Assembly (NCBI GenBank): GCA_051942245.1
Contig: JAVECL010000208.1
Span: forward strand, 1-36,010
DNA length: 36,010 nucleotides
Reading direction: 5' to 3'
Origin: Trypethelium eluteriae
Taxonomy: Eukaryota
Below are positions 21,413 through 33,008 of this stretch, piece by piece (the first letter of the stretch is position 1; every line of letters starts with the position of its first letter). The position numbers and the translations under genes are program-made. The notes beneath the pieces were generated by a model. That model was not told where the DNA came from. It ran no database searches and saw only the letters and a program-made list of their open reading frames with translations.

Positions 21413-23347
21413 CTAAAAGAAGAAAGCTTTCTTTGGTCTAGCTAAGTGCTCTGCTTCCGTGCTTGGACGGCCCCTCTTCTTGCCTTTAGCATGTTTGCTT
21501 GAGCCCATCGTTTTATCTGCGCGCGGTTCAGGCGTCGCCTCTTTTGCAGCATCCCGAATCGTCTGCTTCGAAAGACAAAAGTCGATGTGCGCATTGAATG
21601 TTGCGTCGCTGGCTTCTTGAGGTGTGGAACATATGGGACATGCCCAATACTGCACTTGTTGCGGCGCGGCTTCCTCCTTTTCCAGGGCTTTCTGGTATGA
21701 ATTATCTTCTTCTTGTTCTTGACTGAGTACCAAGACCTCATTCATGTCATCCTGCCTTTCCTGTCTTGCTGCTTCTTCGAACTCAGCCTCAGGCCGCACT
21801 TCCCATTCTCCGTCATCATCGACGACCCGCTTCTCGTGGCTCTCTGTCTGTTTAGTCGAAGCTGTCTTTCTGAGTCCGAAGAAGTCGACACCAGTCTTTT
21901 TCGTGTCGACTAGATGTGTCGCGCGCAACCCCATTAGCCGCAGTTTCATCCCGGGGATCTCTTTCTCAAGTTTGCTAAGCATCGGCAATGAAAATTTATA
22001 AAGGTCATCGGCCTTATTGATGGCACCAGGAGGAGCAGCTTGCCGAGTCAGCACCTCATATGTATGCAGCTTGACCTTCAAACACAAAGTCCGACCCTTA
22101 AAGCCTGTGCGGGCTAGATCTCCCTCAAGCTCTTCAGCAATATGTCTCAGCTTCTTCCTCAGCTCTTCAGGCTCACTCATGTCTCCAAAAGTACTTTCAG
22201 TACCTACACTCTTGCGTTCATAATCTTCAGCGGGTTGAATCTTTGTTCTTCCAAGACCAAGATGGACGCGGATCAGAAATTGGAAGGCTTTGTCTCCAAA
22301 TAGCGAAGAAAGATATCCCCGATACTCGTAAATGTCGCCACAATTAGAGACACCAATGGCACCAAGCTCTCGTTCGAAGACTCTCCCAATTCCATTGACC
22401 TTCCGCGTTGGAAGGGTGCGCATAAAGTCCATGATAGCAACGCGATCGTTTGGAACCTTGGATTGTCCGTTTGGCTTGTTTTTGTTCGAACAGATCTTAG
22501 CAATTGTAGCGTTTGCACCGAGTCCTGCAGAGACGGTGATCCGGGTATTTTCGTGAATTTGTGTCCGCATCTCCTCGACGACTTCCCAGGGATCACGATC
22601 ATGTTCCGAGCAGTACGTGGTGATGTTCAGATACGCCTCATCCAATGAAGCAGTCTGATATTTTGGATCGTACTGTGCAAGAATGGTCCTCACTTCGTTC
22701 GCCTTGGCTGTGTACTTGGCAAAGTTGAGAGGCAGACAAATGAGCTGAGGGCAAAGTCTCATTGCAATGAAGCCTGCCATGCCGCTACGACAACCGAAAC
22801 GGCGCGCATGGTAATTGCAAGTTGTGAGCACCCCTTTCCCAACAGCGAATGGCACGTCCTTTAGCTCCGGTCTGTCGAGTTCTTCAACGGCAGCATAGAA
22901 TGCGTCGCAATCAACGTGCACTACGGTCTGCGTGAGATCTCGTGATAACTCAAGCTCTGTTATGTGTTCATCGGCTCTTCGGACATGTGTGGACATATCC
23001 AGTTTGTCGAGTTGTCGTTTGCGTGCCAGGATTCGCTCAATCTTGTGTGTAAGGTTTTTGTCTTTGACCTCTTCATTGTTGAAATACTTGGATCCTTTTG
23101 AGGCATTGTAGATGATTTCCGAGACCTAGAGGCGCATCTTAGCAAATGTGACCGACAGCGGAGCGGGAGGACTGACCTTAGTCTGGTCTACTCCATCCTG
23201 GCCAGACTTGGTCAATGAGGGTCCCAAAAGATGATACTTGAGTGTGTCATGCTCATTATCGGGCGGTGTTTCCGTTCGTCCCTTGGAAGTTTGTGCTGTT
23301 TCGATGACCCGCTTTTCCTCTTGTGCGGGTTCGTCATCGGTACCCAT
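21413..23347 (-). CDS. POLK: DNA polymerase kappa (Y-family, DinB homologue)
   Basis: Exons 23347-23177 and 23125-21413. N-clasp region LKYHLLGPSLTKSGQD..VSEIIYNASKGSKYF; catalytic VHVDCDAFYAAVE, TTCNYHARRFG, SLDEAYL; RKSVGTESTF little finger; UBZ zinc finger WACPIC..FNAHIDFCL; basic NLS-like tail ending AFFF. Confidence 0.96.
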
Positions 23348-23399
23348 GCTTTGGGTCAACCGGTGTATTCTCCATGTAGCACATCTATTTATGGACTTG

Positions 23400-23507
23400 A
23401 CGCGTCTTGATGAAGAGTAGTGGTCTTTCTGACGCCTTTGACGTAAAGTTTGTAAGGATAGAGGGTCGGTGTATACAACGCGTTGAGGGGTGAATTGAGA
23501 GGCGCGA
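23400..23507. promoter_or_regulatory. Candidate MCB (MluI cell-cycle) boxes in the Pol kappa divergent promoter
   Basis: ACGCGT at 23400-23405 and 23478-23483, plus GGCGCGA at 23501-23507, 50-160 bp upstream of the POLK ATG. Confidence 0.5.
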
Positions 23508-23834
23508 GGGTCCGCCACCTTCGTTGACGACACTAAACAAATCCGCTACTTTTTGTCTCCATTCATCACAGTTGAAGTGCCGACGCCGCTACATCTTGCC
23601 ACTCTCCTTCGACAGCAGCTGTATCCGATAAAGGGCAAACGGACGGTACGACAGGCACGAATTTTCAGGTGCAAAGCTAATTGATCACAGCTCTCGCCTC
23701 GACGGCCAGACTACCTAGAACTACTAAGCCTCTCCGAACCATCACACAGTTCATTAATATTTCCAAGAGGCGCAAGAATCTTTCCGCGCTCTTGTGATAA
23801 GCAGCAACATGCTTCTCTACTTTAGGGTAATCCG

Positions 23835-25991
23835 ATGATACCTCCCTCTTCGAAGAACAAGACTACCAACATGCCTGGAGACCGCTCCCATCAACCCGGT
23901 TCCGGCCGGCCATTGATGCCGACACTGGCTTCCAATCGAGCAGCAAAGATGCCTCTGACACCTAAACTGGCAACCAAGGCAAATACAATAAGTACTCCGA
24001 CCTCGAGGGTAGCGGCCTCGAGTCAAAATGGGGGATTAGCAAGAGTTGGGCACAAAGAAGAGCCGTCAACCCCGGTCAACGCTTTTCTTCTCAACAACGT
24101 TACTCCAAGATCGTCATCGCGCAAGTCTCGAGTAGATAGCTCTCAGAATACTCCCAATAGCATCTCTGAAGACACACCCAATGGCGGTCGGGCAAGATCT
24201 CCCAACCAGGGGCGGATCGAGGGGCTCACTGGACTCGGACTCACAGAATCACCTAAGCTCGCTCCAACGCGGCCAAAAAGTCAAGTCTCCGGGTTGAGAG
24301 CGTCTCCTACAATCAGTGGATTAAGAGCACAGAGTGATTGCGATACTGGCGGAAACCCAAGGCCACTTTCAGAGGTCATGGATAGAGAGGATTCTCCCAA
24401 CTTCTTTCACGCCAGCGATGCGAAGACACAGAATCCTGCGCCAAGGCAAATGGAACCAAGAAAGGCTCCCACTTTCTTTTATGCCGATGGCCGTGAGGAA
24501 CAGTCAAGGCATATTGATGTTCCATCGCCAGCCGTTTCGGCGGAGGACCAGCCCCGAGTACAATCAAAGTTCTTTCATGCGGATGGTAGCGCGGACCAAG
24601 CCCAAGCATTACCAATGTTGTCTCCACCGATCAGCGTCTCCTCGTCACGATCATCGTTTATTAGTAGTCCGACTCAGGCAGTGCCCCCATTATTTCCTAC
24701 TAAGACGCAGCCTTGGCAGGCTCGTGCAGTTTCACCACCCAAAGAGCACGTACATTCATCATATCGCAAGGGTGCGTCACAAATTATACCACCGAACAGT
24801 CAACGAAAATCGATTTCATCGGTCTCCGCCACGTCGACGCCGGTGCTGTCGACTCCTTCACGTTTTGATTTCAATGAAACACCTCGTAGGAGACCGAGCG
24901 CTGCTTCTTCCACTGTTGCGCACCCTCGCTCTCATACTAAAACCGTTAGCATGTCTTCGATTGACATTACCCCACGGAAAAGCTCCAGTCTCCAAACCTC
25001 CTCACCGATTTCACCGCCGACGGCGAATTCCTCGCCGACGGCGAATTCCTCCGATCCCGCCTCACCTTCCGAAAAAAGTTTCGCCGCACCTAAAGCGTCC
25101 GCAGTTCCGTCTCCAACATCAAGTACATGGCCGCGCAGTCCTACCAAATCAGCTATAGATGCATCACAGGACTCGAACGGCAATACCTCCAACTCCGCCC
25201 TTCGAAACCTCAACGAGCTCGCCGCCAAAGCCCGCCAGGATCGCAAAGTCCTCGATCTCGAAATCTCCAATTCATCCCTACTCGCCATCAATCGCAGTCT
25301 CGAGCGAGAGATCCGCAAACAGAAAGCCGAGCTGCGCCGGTTTCGGCGGCTGACCCGGAAGAGCTCCATGTGCAACTTTTCGCTGGCGAGCACGGGCCGG
25401 TCGACAAGCTACGGTACTGTAGCCACTGACTCCGGCATCGACAGTCTTGGCGACGGGACCGATGGGGTGGGTGTAGATGAGGACTTTGAAGACGAGGATT
25501 TTGACTCTGAGGATTATTCTGAGGACTCGGAAGAGGATGAAGATGGGGAGGGGGGCAGAGAGAAGGATGCGAGGAGGTTGCGGTTGGACTTGAGCAAGCA
25601 TCGGGAGTTGCTGGTGGATAGCCAGAAGTTGAATCAGAGCATTAAGCGTTGTGTGGGCTTTACGGAGGAGTTGATCAGCCAAGGGAAACGGGCCTTGGAG
25701 TACAAGGTTAGGGTTAGTGATGTGAAGCTTGGAGGAAGAGTCTTGAGTGAGGATGAGGACGATCGTGATGCAGATGGGCTAGGCAATGACCTCGAGGATG
25801 AGGTAGGCTTCGGTGATGAGGACCAACGGACGGAAAACGACAGTTCTGGTTTTCAAGGCGAGCTAGAGGAAGTGAATGGGTCACTGGGCGGTCTCTCAAG
25901 AGATCCGAATCGGAGGACAGTATCATTTGAAAGAGTATCACCGAATGTGTCTGTCGCAGTTAATGCAGAGATTAATGGCGATGGAGAATAG
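23835..25991 (+). CDS. Conserved fungal hypothetical protein, Ser/Pro-rich with C-terminal coiled coil and acidic tract
   Basis: 718-aa intronless ORF (start could be Met at 23871). Repeated FF(H/Y)A(S/D) motifs, RKVLDLEISNSSLLAINRSLERE, LDLSKHRELLVDSQKLNQSIKRC, GKRALEYKV...GGRVL. Confidence 0.85.
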   Translation: MIPPSSKNKTTNMPGDRSHQPGSGRPLMPTLASNRAAKMPLTPKLATKANTISTPTSRVAASSQNGGLARVGHKEEPSTPVNAFLLNNVTPRSSSRKSRVDSSQNTPNSISEDTPNGGRARSPNQGRIEGLTGLGLTESPKLAPTRPKSQVSGLRASPTISGLRAQSDCDTGGNPRPLSEVMDREDSPNFFHASDAKTQNPAPRQMEPRKAPTFFYADGREEQSRHIDVPSPAVSAEDQPRVQSKFFHADGSADQAQALPMLSPPISVSSSRSSFISSPTQAVPPLFPTKTQPWQARAVSPPKEHVHSSYRKGASQIIPPNSQRKSISSVSATSTPVLSTPSRFDFNETPRRRPSAASSTVAHPRSHTKTVSMSSIDITPRKSSSLQTSSPISPPTANSSPTANSSDPASPSEKSFAAPKASAVPSPTSSTWPRSPTKSAIDASQDSNGNTSNSALRNLNELAAKARQDRKVLDLEISNSSLLAINRSLEREIRKQKAELRRFRRLTRKSSMCNFSLASTGRSTSYGTVATDSGIDSLGDGTDGVGVDEDFEDEDFDSEDYSEDSEEDEDGEGGREKDARRLRLDLSKHRELLVDSQKLNQSIKRCVGFTEELISQGKRALEYKVRVSDVKLGGRVLSEDEDDRDADGLGNDLEDEVGFGDEDQRTENDSSGFQGELEEVNGSLGGLSRDPNRRTVSFERVSPNVSVAVNAEINGDGE
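25015..25050 (+). repeat. Perfect 18-bp in-frame tandem duplication (PTANSS x2)
   Basis: cgccgacggcgaattcct occurs twice in tandem within the CDS. Confidence 0.9.
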
Positions 25992-26479
25992 GTGGATTTG
26001 GGAGGCGTTGCGGGTGCATCAAGGCTTGGGACGTCCTGGGAGTTGGTACAACTGGAGCAGTAAGTCGTATTTGTGCTGTGGGCAAAATGTGGAATTTCCA
26101 CATTGTACAACATTTTCCCTTTGTTCGGTGGGAGTTCTGGCTTTTTTGGAGATACCCCGGCGGTCCCAGTCTCAGCTCCGCCTCTTTTCCTTGCTCCTTC
26201 ATACCAATCGCTCAATCGTACGGCGAGTTCTGACCTCCTATATTTCCTATCTTGTTTGTCCAAACTCTCTTTTGAAGCGAAACCGCTCAAATGTTGAAAG
26301 TTTGTTATCCCAGCTTTACAAAATGTTCTCCTCATGGCGGTGAGGTTTATTAGCCAGTCCATGCATCATAAATTCAAGAAATGTTTTGGCTGCATAGTCA
26401 AGCACGCCCTGGTGTAGATTACGTCTACATTCCCTCCTCCATGTCGGTTGACAATGGATCAGAAAGGAAGGGATGACGA

Positions 26480-27020
26480 TGATGCAGATTCCAAACTCAT
26501 ACCTAGAGACACAAGGTGGGTGAACTTTAGAGATTACCGAAAATATTTTGATTTACTCGACAAAGGCTTTAGCCCAGGATAGCATCAGCTATTGCGCAAT
26601 GCCTTTGCCAAACGATCAGGACGCAGCTGTTCAATCACGTTGGTTTCAGACTATGTGTGATTGCACATTAAAGCCCATGATGTGTTTCCCAAGACATAAT
26701 GAGGATCAAGACGACCGGAGCTTCTAATGCGAAGTCAGGGCCCCAGGCCCGAGAATATTAACGAGTCCTGTCGTATTGAGACACTAGCTCTTCCCTGGAC
26801 TGAAGATTGGGACTGACTGGGACACCATCTAGGCCATGAGCGACATAATTGGGAGGAGCAGAGAGAACCTGTGCAGTATCTGAAGGCGATTGCTGGTGGC
26901 TTCGTAAAAGTCGAGCATTTTATATTAACGCTAGAATCGGAACTACATTCGGGAAAGGAGGAATTCACACTCTCAGTACTCTGTAATCCAGTTACGTCCG
27001 TATCTCATGTACGGATTTAG
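26480..27020 (+). pseudogene. Possible decayed coding fragment of unknown family
   Basis: Protein-like reading broken by isolated stops: DDDDADSKLIPRDTRWVNFRDYRKYFDLLDKGFSPG*HQLL... and MRSQGPRPENINESCRIETLALPWTEDWD*LGH...QYLKAIAGGFVKVEHFILTLE. No family recognised. Confidence 0.25.
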
Positions 27021-28046
27021 AGAATCTGAATCCTTGTGCGCCACCCCCACGGCTTCAAGCTCAATTTGCTTCAGGCTACGCCCGCCCCCCTGCATCCTGC
27101 ATCTACTGACCACGACACGCCGGGCCGTCTGACCCGGCCCCGGATAGCTAAGCTAGTCTGAGCTCTAATTCTCGGACTCAGCCGCAGCTTCTCCATATCG
27201 GGCATTCAGGAGCCGGGAATGTGGGTTTTACAAGTACATCACCTTGCCTTACTCGCCACCGAAGGGTGGAAGGATTTCGATTTCTTCGGCCAACGCGATT
27301 TGGGAGCTTGCCACAGGAGAAATGAGATCGTCACCGTTTCGTGAATGGCCAATCCTACGCAGCCTCGATTTTGGGTTTATGGTCTCCTTTCCGAGACTCT
27401 GCGTGCAGTCACACTATGTTGAAGATACTATGGCCTTTTTCGAGCATCTATGTGGCCTCGAATTCGCACGAATATGTCCTAATCTCGTGGATCTAGCATA
27501 TCTTGAAACTTCTTTGCGTCCGATGACGTTCTACTCACATAAGGGGGGACGGCACAAGACCGAGTGTGCCAATCAAAGTCCAGTGCTGATGATTTCTAGG
27601 GCATTTACTAGGAAGCAAGCAGTGAAGCTTGTACAGTGCAAGGTCGCGCTTCTGTACACTATGAGCAATCCTCGATTCAAGATCCGAAATTCCTTTCGAC
27701 CGTAGAGTACGGTACACTTTTGCCAGACACCTGTGCCTCTCTTGTGAGACCCCAACCCCCAGTCATGTACTGAATTCTGGATTGGATTAAAAACAGAAAG
27801 GTCTGATAATCTTGATCAGTAGCTTGGGAGTCTTTAAGGCCTCCTATGTGATCTAACAGACGACTTGAAGTCCGCTAAACTACCCCAGATGATAGTAAAT
27901 AACCAATCAATGCTTGAGGTTTCAGACCTTCGTAAGGCGCAATACGGCCGAAGGGATCTTCAAACTTTGAAGTAAATACGAATTGCCGGAGGATACTAGA
28001 GACTCTGAATCACAGTAGTAACGTGGGAAGAACAATTCTTCTGCTA

Positions 28047-30144
28047 ATGCAGTCAGTATTTAAGTGCCTTTGTCAACGGTGTCAACCTCTACGGCCCAGA
28101 GTCGCCGTGGAACGGGACGATGCCCCACAAGTTTATGAACCGATCTATCCCTGTAGCGTCTGTAACAATCTGCGGGGACTTGCGCTGGATGGCACGGATG
28201 GACGACGTATACCAGTTGCGTTCGATGAGATTTCGCGGGCAGCATCTAATGGATGTTGCACTTGCACCATACTTGAGACTGGCATTGTTTATACCTTTCC
28301 TGAAATAAAGTCGTGCTCACGAGTGTACATCGATGCTTGCCATCGTCCTGCTGAGAGGTTCGAGCGCTCGTTGCTACCACTTCGATTAAAGATCACATCG
28401 TCACCAGCCAATACAGAGCATGTGGAGTTCTTCAAGCTAGGAAGTACGTATATTGGATAGGGGCTATCTGTACACGGATTTCCCTTTTCGACCACAGGCC
28501 TTCAATTCAATAACCGGCTGACTAGCGATAGAACCTGATGTACCGTTATGGCGGAATCCACGTTCGCCATGGCCCTTGATTGGTGTGGCTTATTCAACAT
28601 CCGGATACACGGGATCGGAAAGATGTATCGATCGAGCCAAACAGTGGCTCCAAGACTGTGAGGATAACCACCCACAATGTAGACAAAAGAGAAAGCCTAT
28701 GTTACCGAAACGAGTCATCGAACTAGTAGACTTCGCAGACCCTCCAAGGCTTCGCCTCTTTGAGTCTGGTCCTCGTTCAGTGGTAGAAGCTGACTATTTA
28801 TCCCTGAGCCATTGCTGGGGAGAAGCTACGCCATTGATAGCGACGACAGAGACATATCAGCGACTCAGAAGCCGCATACCGTGGGAAAGCTTACCTAGAA
28901 CATTTCGCGACGTTATCCTCTTGGCAAGGCATTTTCTCATAAGGTTCGTCTGGATCGACTCGCTTTGTATTATTCAAGACGACCAAGCAGACTGGGTGTC
29001 TCAATCTACGGAAATGTGTCGGATTTATGAAAGGAGTTACCTGACGGTGTTTGCGACTCATGCAGAAAATAGTGCCCAGGGGTTGTTCTCAGCAGAGCCA
29101 CTGGCTCATCTACCGAGCAGAATCAGGGGGCACGATCCAATCTCTGACCAGAAGTTCTGTATTTACGCTCGCAAAACCATCCGCCATACCTTCGCTTCTG
29201 GCCGGCATGCATTGAAAGAAGAAGCCCCTCTTCTTACACGTGCATGGTCGTATCAAGAACGGTTGACGTCTCGAAGAGTTCTGCACTTCGGGCGACGGGA
29301 AATATCGTGGGAATGTATTGAGGGGACCAAGTGCGAGTGCTCGCCTGAACACATGGGAGCATACAGCAACAAGACACATTCCCTTCGCAGGACTTTGGCT
29401 CTCAAATCTGCTAAGGAGATATCAAAGGAGTGGCAGAAAATGGTTTCCGAGTTTAGTGGGCTCGCACTGACGTTTTCTTCGGATCGTCTCGCAGCGCTCG
29501 CGGGGCTCGCTGCAAAGCTGCAAGCTCTCAGAAAAGGAACCTATATCTCTGGGGCTTGGACAGATTCGGTTGCCTTCGATCTCGCCTGGTATAGCAACTC
29601 AGTGCATTCGAAGCGAAGTGATTGTGTAGCACCGTCTTGGTCATGGGCCTCTCTCGATTCCAAGGTGTTTTTCCTGCCTCTCGAGGAGCTTCGATTCTAC
29701 GCAATTGAAGAACAGGCGACACTTGCGACTATCATCACCAACCAAACAACAATCCCTGCCTGTGTACAGGCGATAGCTCTGTCAAGTCAATTCATTGAAT
29801 CGCAAGCTCAGCAATCGAGTCAGGCTTTGTACCAGTTTCAGATTGATACCAAACCCCTGGAGAAGTGTATGAACCGGCGCTCCTATCTGGGGTCGCATAC
29901 GATCCACTTTTATCCGGACACGTCCGAGACGATGCACGACTTGCCGTGCCCTGTCTTCTTCTTCAGACTTTTAGCGCTACATCGAGGCGAGCGCTGGCTC
30001 TATGCATATCTTGTTCTTCAAGAGTCCAATGAGATAGAGGAGCAACGATTCAAGCGTATTGGCCTTTGTGTCTTGCGGTTTGACAATCAGCCGGAGCATC
30101 TACTTAGGGACTTGGGCGTGGAAAAATCCATTTTACTAATTTGA
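28047..30144 (+). CDS. Heterokaryon incompatibility (HET) domain protein
   Basis: Exons 28047-28443 and 28532-30144 in frame. N-terminal CxxC...GCxxC region; WLQDCEDNHPQC, LPKRVIEL, YLSLSHCWG, LPRTFRDVI, WIDSLCIIQDD..DW, IYERSYLTVFAT, LLTRAWSYQERL, LTFSSDRLAALAG, APSWSWAS. Confidence 0.93.
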
Positions 30145-30663
30145 AAAAACTAATGGGAACGTGGACACGGGAAATGCACTTTGTAACGAAGTACTAATGA
30201 CGAAGCATTCTACACTTCGCAAATCATTTTGATGGGCTCACGTCACGGTGCTCGTCCAAGCTTTGCTGCGCTGTTACTAATCGAAGCGTGGACTCTAGAA
30301 CGCCCCGCCCGAGCGACCAGGGACTCAGCCACACGTGCCTCCGTTCCCTCCCCTAATAGCCCCCTGCAACTGTTCCGCTGCGTCATATCACGCATCCACC
30401 ACTGCAATCCGCTCCTTATAACTAACTTCTCCAGCACGTAATCCTGGCAGCCGTCTCACAATCTGAACGATATGCACAACCCGCATCCTCAGTCTTTGAG
30501 GAAACAAGGTGGCAAAAGCAAAAAGTCTCACCCGATATCAAAACTTGATTGTAGCTAATTCTGATATCCTTCCCGAGTCCCTGCGCATCATCGGATACCC
30601 CGATACTAGACCTGTTAAAGTGAGCTTTGCCGAGGAAGCGATACCTTTGCGAAGCCAATACCT

Positions 30664-30860
30664 TCATTCTTCCTGCTTGGTTTCCTCAGCATCCTTGCGC
30701 ACTTTCCCACTGCAAAACTCTTTCTCCTCGGCAGAAAGGAACTGCCACAGCTCGGATGCTTCCTTCTGCTTCTTGTATCCTTGCTGCTGGCACGGTGACC
30801 TGTCAGATGGTACACGAATTGCGACCTTTCGACCCCTCGAGGTACAGCTCCCGCTTTGAG
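30664..30860 (-). pseudogene. Possible HMG-box relic
   Basis: KEASELWQFLSAEEKEFCSGKVRKDAEETKQEE resembles HMG-box helices 2-3 (W..LS.EEK..Y...A..D). A helix-1-like segment lies in another frame, and a stop follows. Confidence 0.4.
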
Positions 30861-31153
30861 CTCCCAAGCTATGCAAAACACACCTTGGTCTAGAAGAAAA
30901 GAGTGTTGTTTGGGCAGAAAGCCATCGTGATTGAGCCAATTGCCGGTCGGATCATGCGTGTAAGTCTGACCACGCGTTTGGTGGGCATGGGTTCCAAGAG
31001 GGGACGTGCCAGGACTTGCATATCTTCAACATTGCTATTGTTGCTATCGATGACTACTTAGTCTGTCAATACATCAACGGATTATTGTGAAAGTGAAGGG
31101 GATCGGTAAGCCGAGGGTCGTCCCGTTTCTATCCGGGTGGCTGTGGTCGATTA

Positions 31154-31573
31154 GTGGTAAGTTCTTATCACCAATTACCTCGTATTTTATTGTGTCAAAT
31201 CTATATATTTGCTCTGGCCCCTGGATTAGATAATACGGATCAAGTTCGGGAACTCCAGTATACTGGAGCCGAGCACAAGAACGCCTCTGTCGAGAAAGAG
31301 CTACAGAATCTCTGTGAGCAACTCTTAAAGGTGCGGGAGCAGAAACGCAGGAAGCAGGACATTGTTTACAGACGAGCAAACGTCTGGAACAAAGATGGTA
31401 AGGATGGACTTCACCTTCGAGTGCCGAAAGGCAAGAAGCTCAGCGCGCCGAACACCATTGTGTTCAAAACACTGCAGCAAATGCTAGTTGTATAGGAGGG
31501 GAAAGTGCATGGCTGGTCGATAGCCAGATTAACCAAACTCAAGATGGTAGCTAATCTGGAGGCAATGAAATAG
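31154..31573 (+). pseudogene. Coding-like fragment (coiled-coil/basic), unidentified
   Basis: 113-aa ORF with a non-ATG start (SVEKELQNLCEQLLKVREQKRRKQ...); the frame continues about 25 codons beyond the TAG at 31493-31495. Confidence 0.25.
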
Positions 31574-31822
31574 GTGAGCTTTGTTTACCAACATGAGCTT
31601 GAATAATTCTCTTCTGAAGCGATAACTACGTATACACTTCTGGGGAGCAGAAATTGCGCGGACAGGACATGATTGAAGCACATACCAATGGCGGACAGAA
31701 CAAAGTTGGTGTATACATTGATTTCAACAATCCTTAACAACTGAACCGCATATAGGGTACAGATGATAGCAATTTCATTGACGCATTAAAAGCTGAAAGA
31801 TCTCCCTTTAAACGTCTTTATC

Positions 31823-32878
31823 TCACGTGACTAGGTATGTGTCCCTCCCAATCCATGCTGTTTTACAATTTCCGATCAATTTGAAAGGAAAGTCTGGCTC
31901 GCTCTTACTCATCACGTCGTCACACACTTCTTGTCTCCAGCGGACTATTACCTTGAATGTCTTTACGTGTGTAATCTGACGTAATGGCTCCAATAACGCA
32001 TGATGATTGTCCTCTTCAGAATCAAGCCCCTTTCCGTGGAGTTTAAGATACAGCATTTGCAGACCTGCCAAGCCTGCGAACATTTCGCACGTCTCGGGCC
32101 ACATCTCTCCGTCAAAAGGAAACATACGACGTCCAAATCGGTAGTCCAGGCAGAGTGTCCTAATAGTGTCCAACCGACTTCTGAGTGTGGTCTGGCGAAA
32201 AGTCTGAACAGTGTCCAGGTGTTCGAAAGCAAAGACGTTGTTCCGATAAAGAAGTTCAATCGTCTCCGAGTAGCTACAAAGATGAGCCTAAACGAATACG
32301 CAGGGTTCTTCTGAGTCTTACATGAGCCTGCAGGTCTGTAATATCCCCAAGAAATTCGCGAGTACTCCATCCGAATTAAGCCGCCTTTCTCCTTGACCGG
32401 CGTGGTCCCGAGAGCCTAGCAGGACGTGGGGCGGATAAATCGTCCAGACACAGCAAATATTAACATTTCCAAACCTATCGGCCCTTGCATAGATAAGATC
32501 GGAGGACCTAGTCGTATTGCCTAGGAGCCTCTTCGGACAGCGGACGAAATGGAAGACACGTCCAGTAACAGCAGCTTCCTCCCAAATTATCCGGCGAACG
32601 TCGTAGGGAAGCCGCATCAAAGGTGACTGGTGCTGATTAAAAGCCCGCTGCCAGTCCCCAGGGTCGGTGAAAGACCGGGATGCGTGACTGATGGCGCGAT
32701 CAGCGGCCGGAATCGTCAACGACCTTGGTCGTTTGGTTGGGAGCGATTGAAGAGCACTCGCTTCTTGCTGTCTTTGAGTAGCACGCACTGCAGAAATGCC
32801 TCCTCGCTGCCGAGGAAACGTTCGATAATGGTCCACCAGAAGGGATATATCAAACCATCGTTCTGCTATTTGGTCCAT
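31823..32878 (-). CDS. DUF7730-like fungal protein with degenerate F-box-like motif
   Basis: Exons 32878-32322 and 32273-31823. Motifs: RPRSLT, QHQSPLMRLPYDVRRIIWE, LGILQTCRLIYSETIELLYRNNVFAF, RLDTIRTLCL, WPETC..FAGLAGL..L, LLEPLRQI. Confidence 0.8.
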
Positions 32879-33008
32879 GGTACCTAGCAGAAAATGAGGA
32901 AACAACAGATTTAAACCCTAAAACTACCGTACCACATTGTGTGGACCGTTTAGTTATTTCAAGGTTGGACGGAGTGAGGTGGACGTCACTGCAGAATAGA
33001 GTACGTAT

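Noticed and set aside
24334..26362. Long alternative-frame and antisense ORFs over the coiled-coil gene
   Set aside because: Expected shadows of a GC-rich, Ser/Pro-biased CDS.
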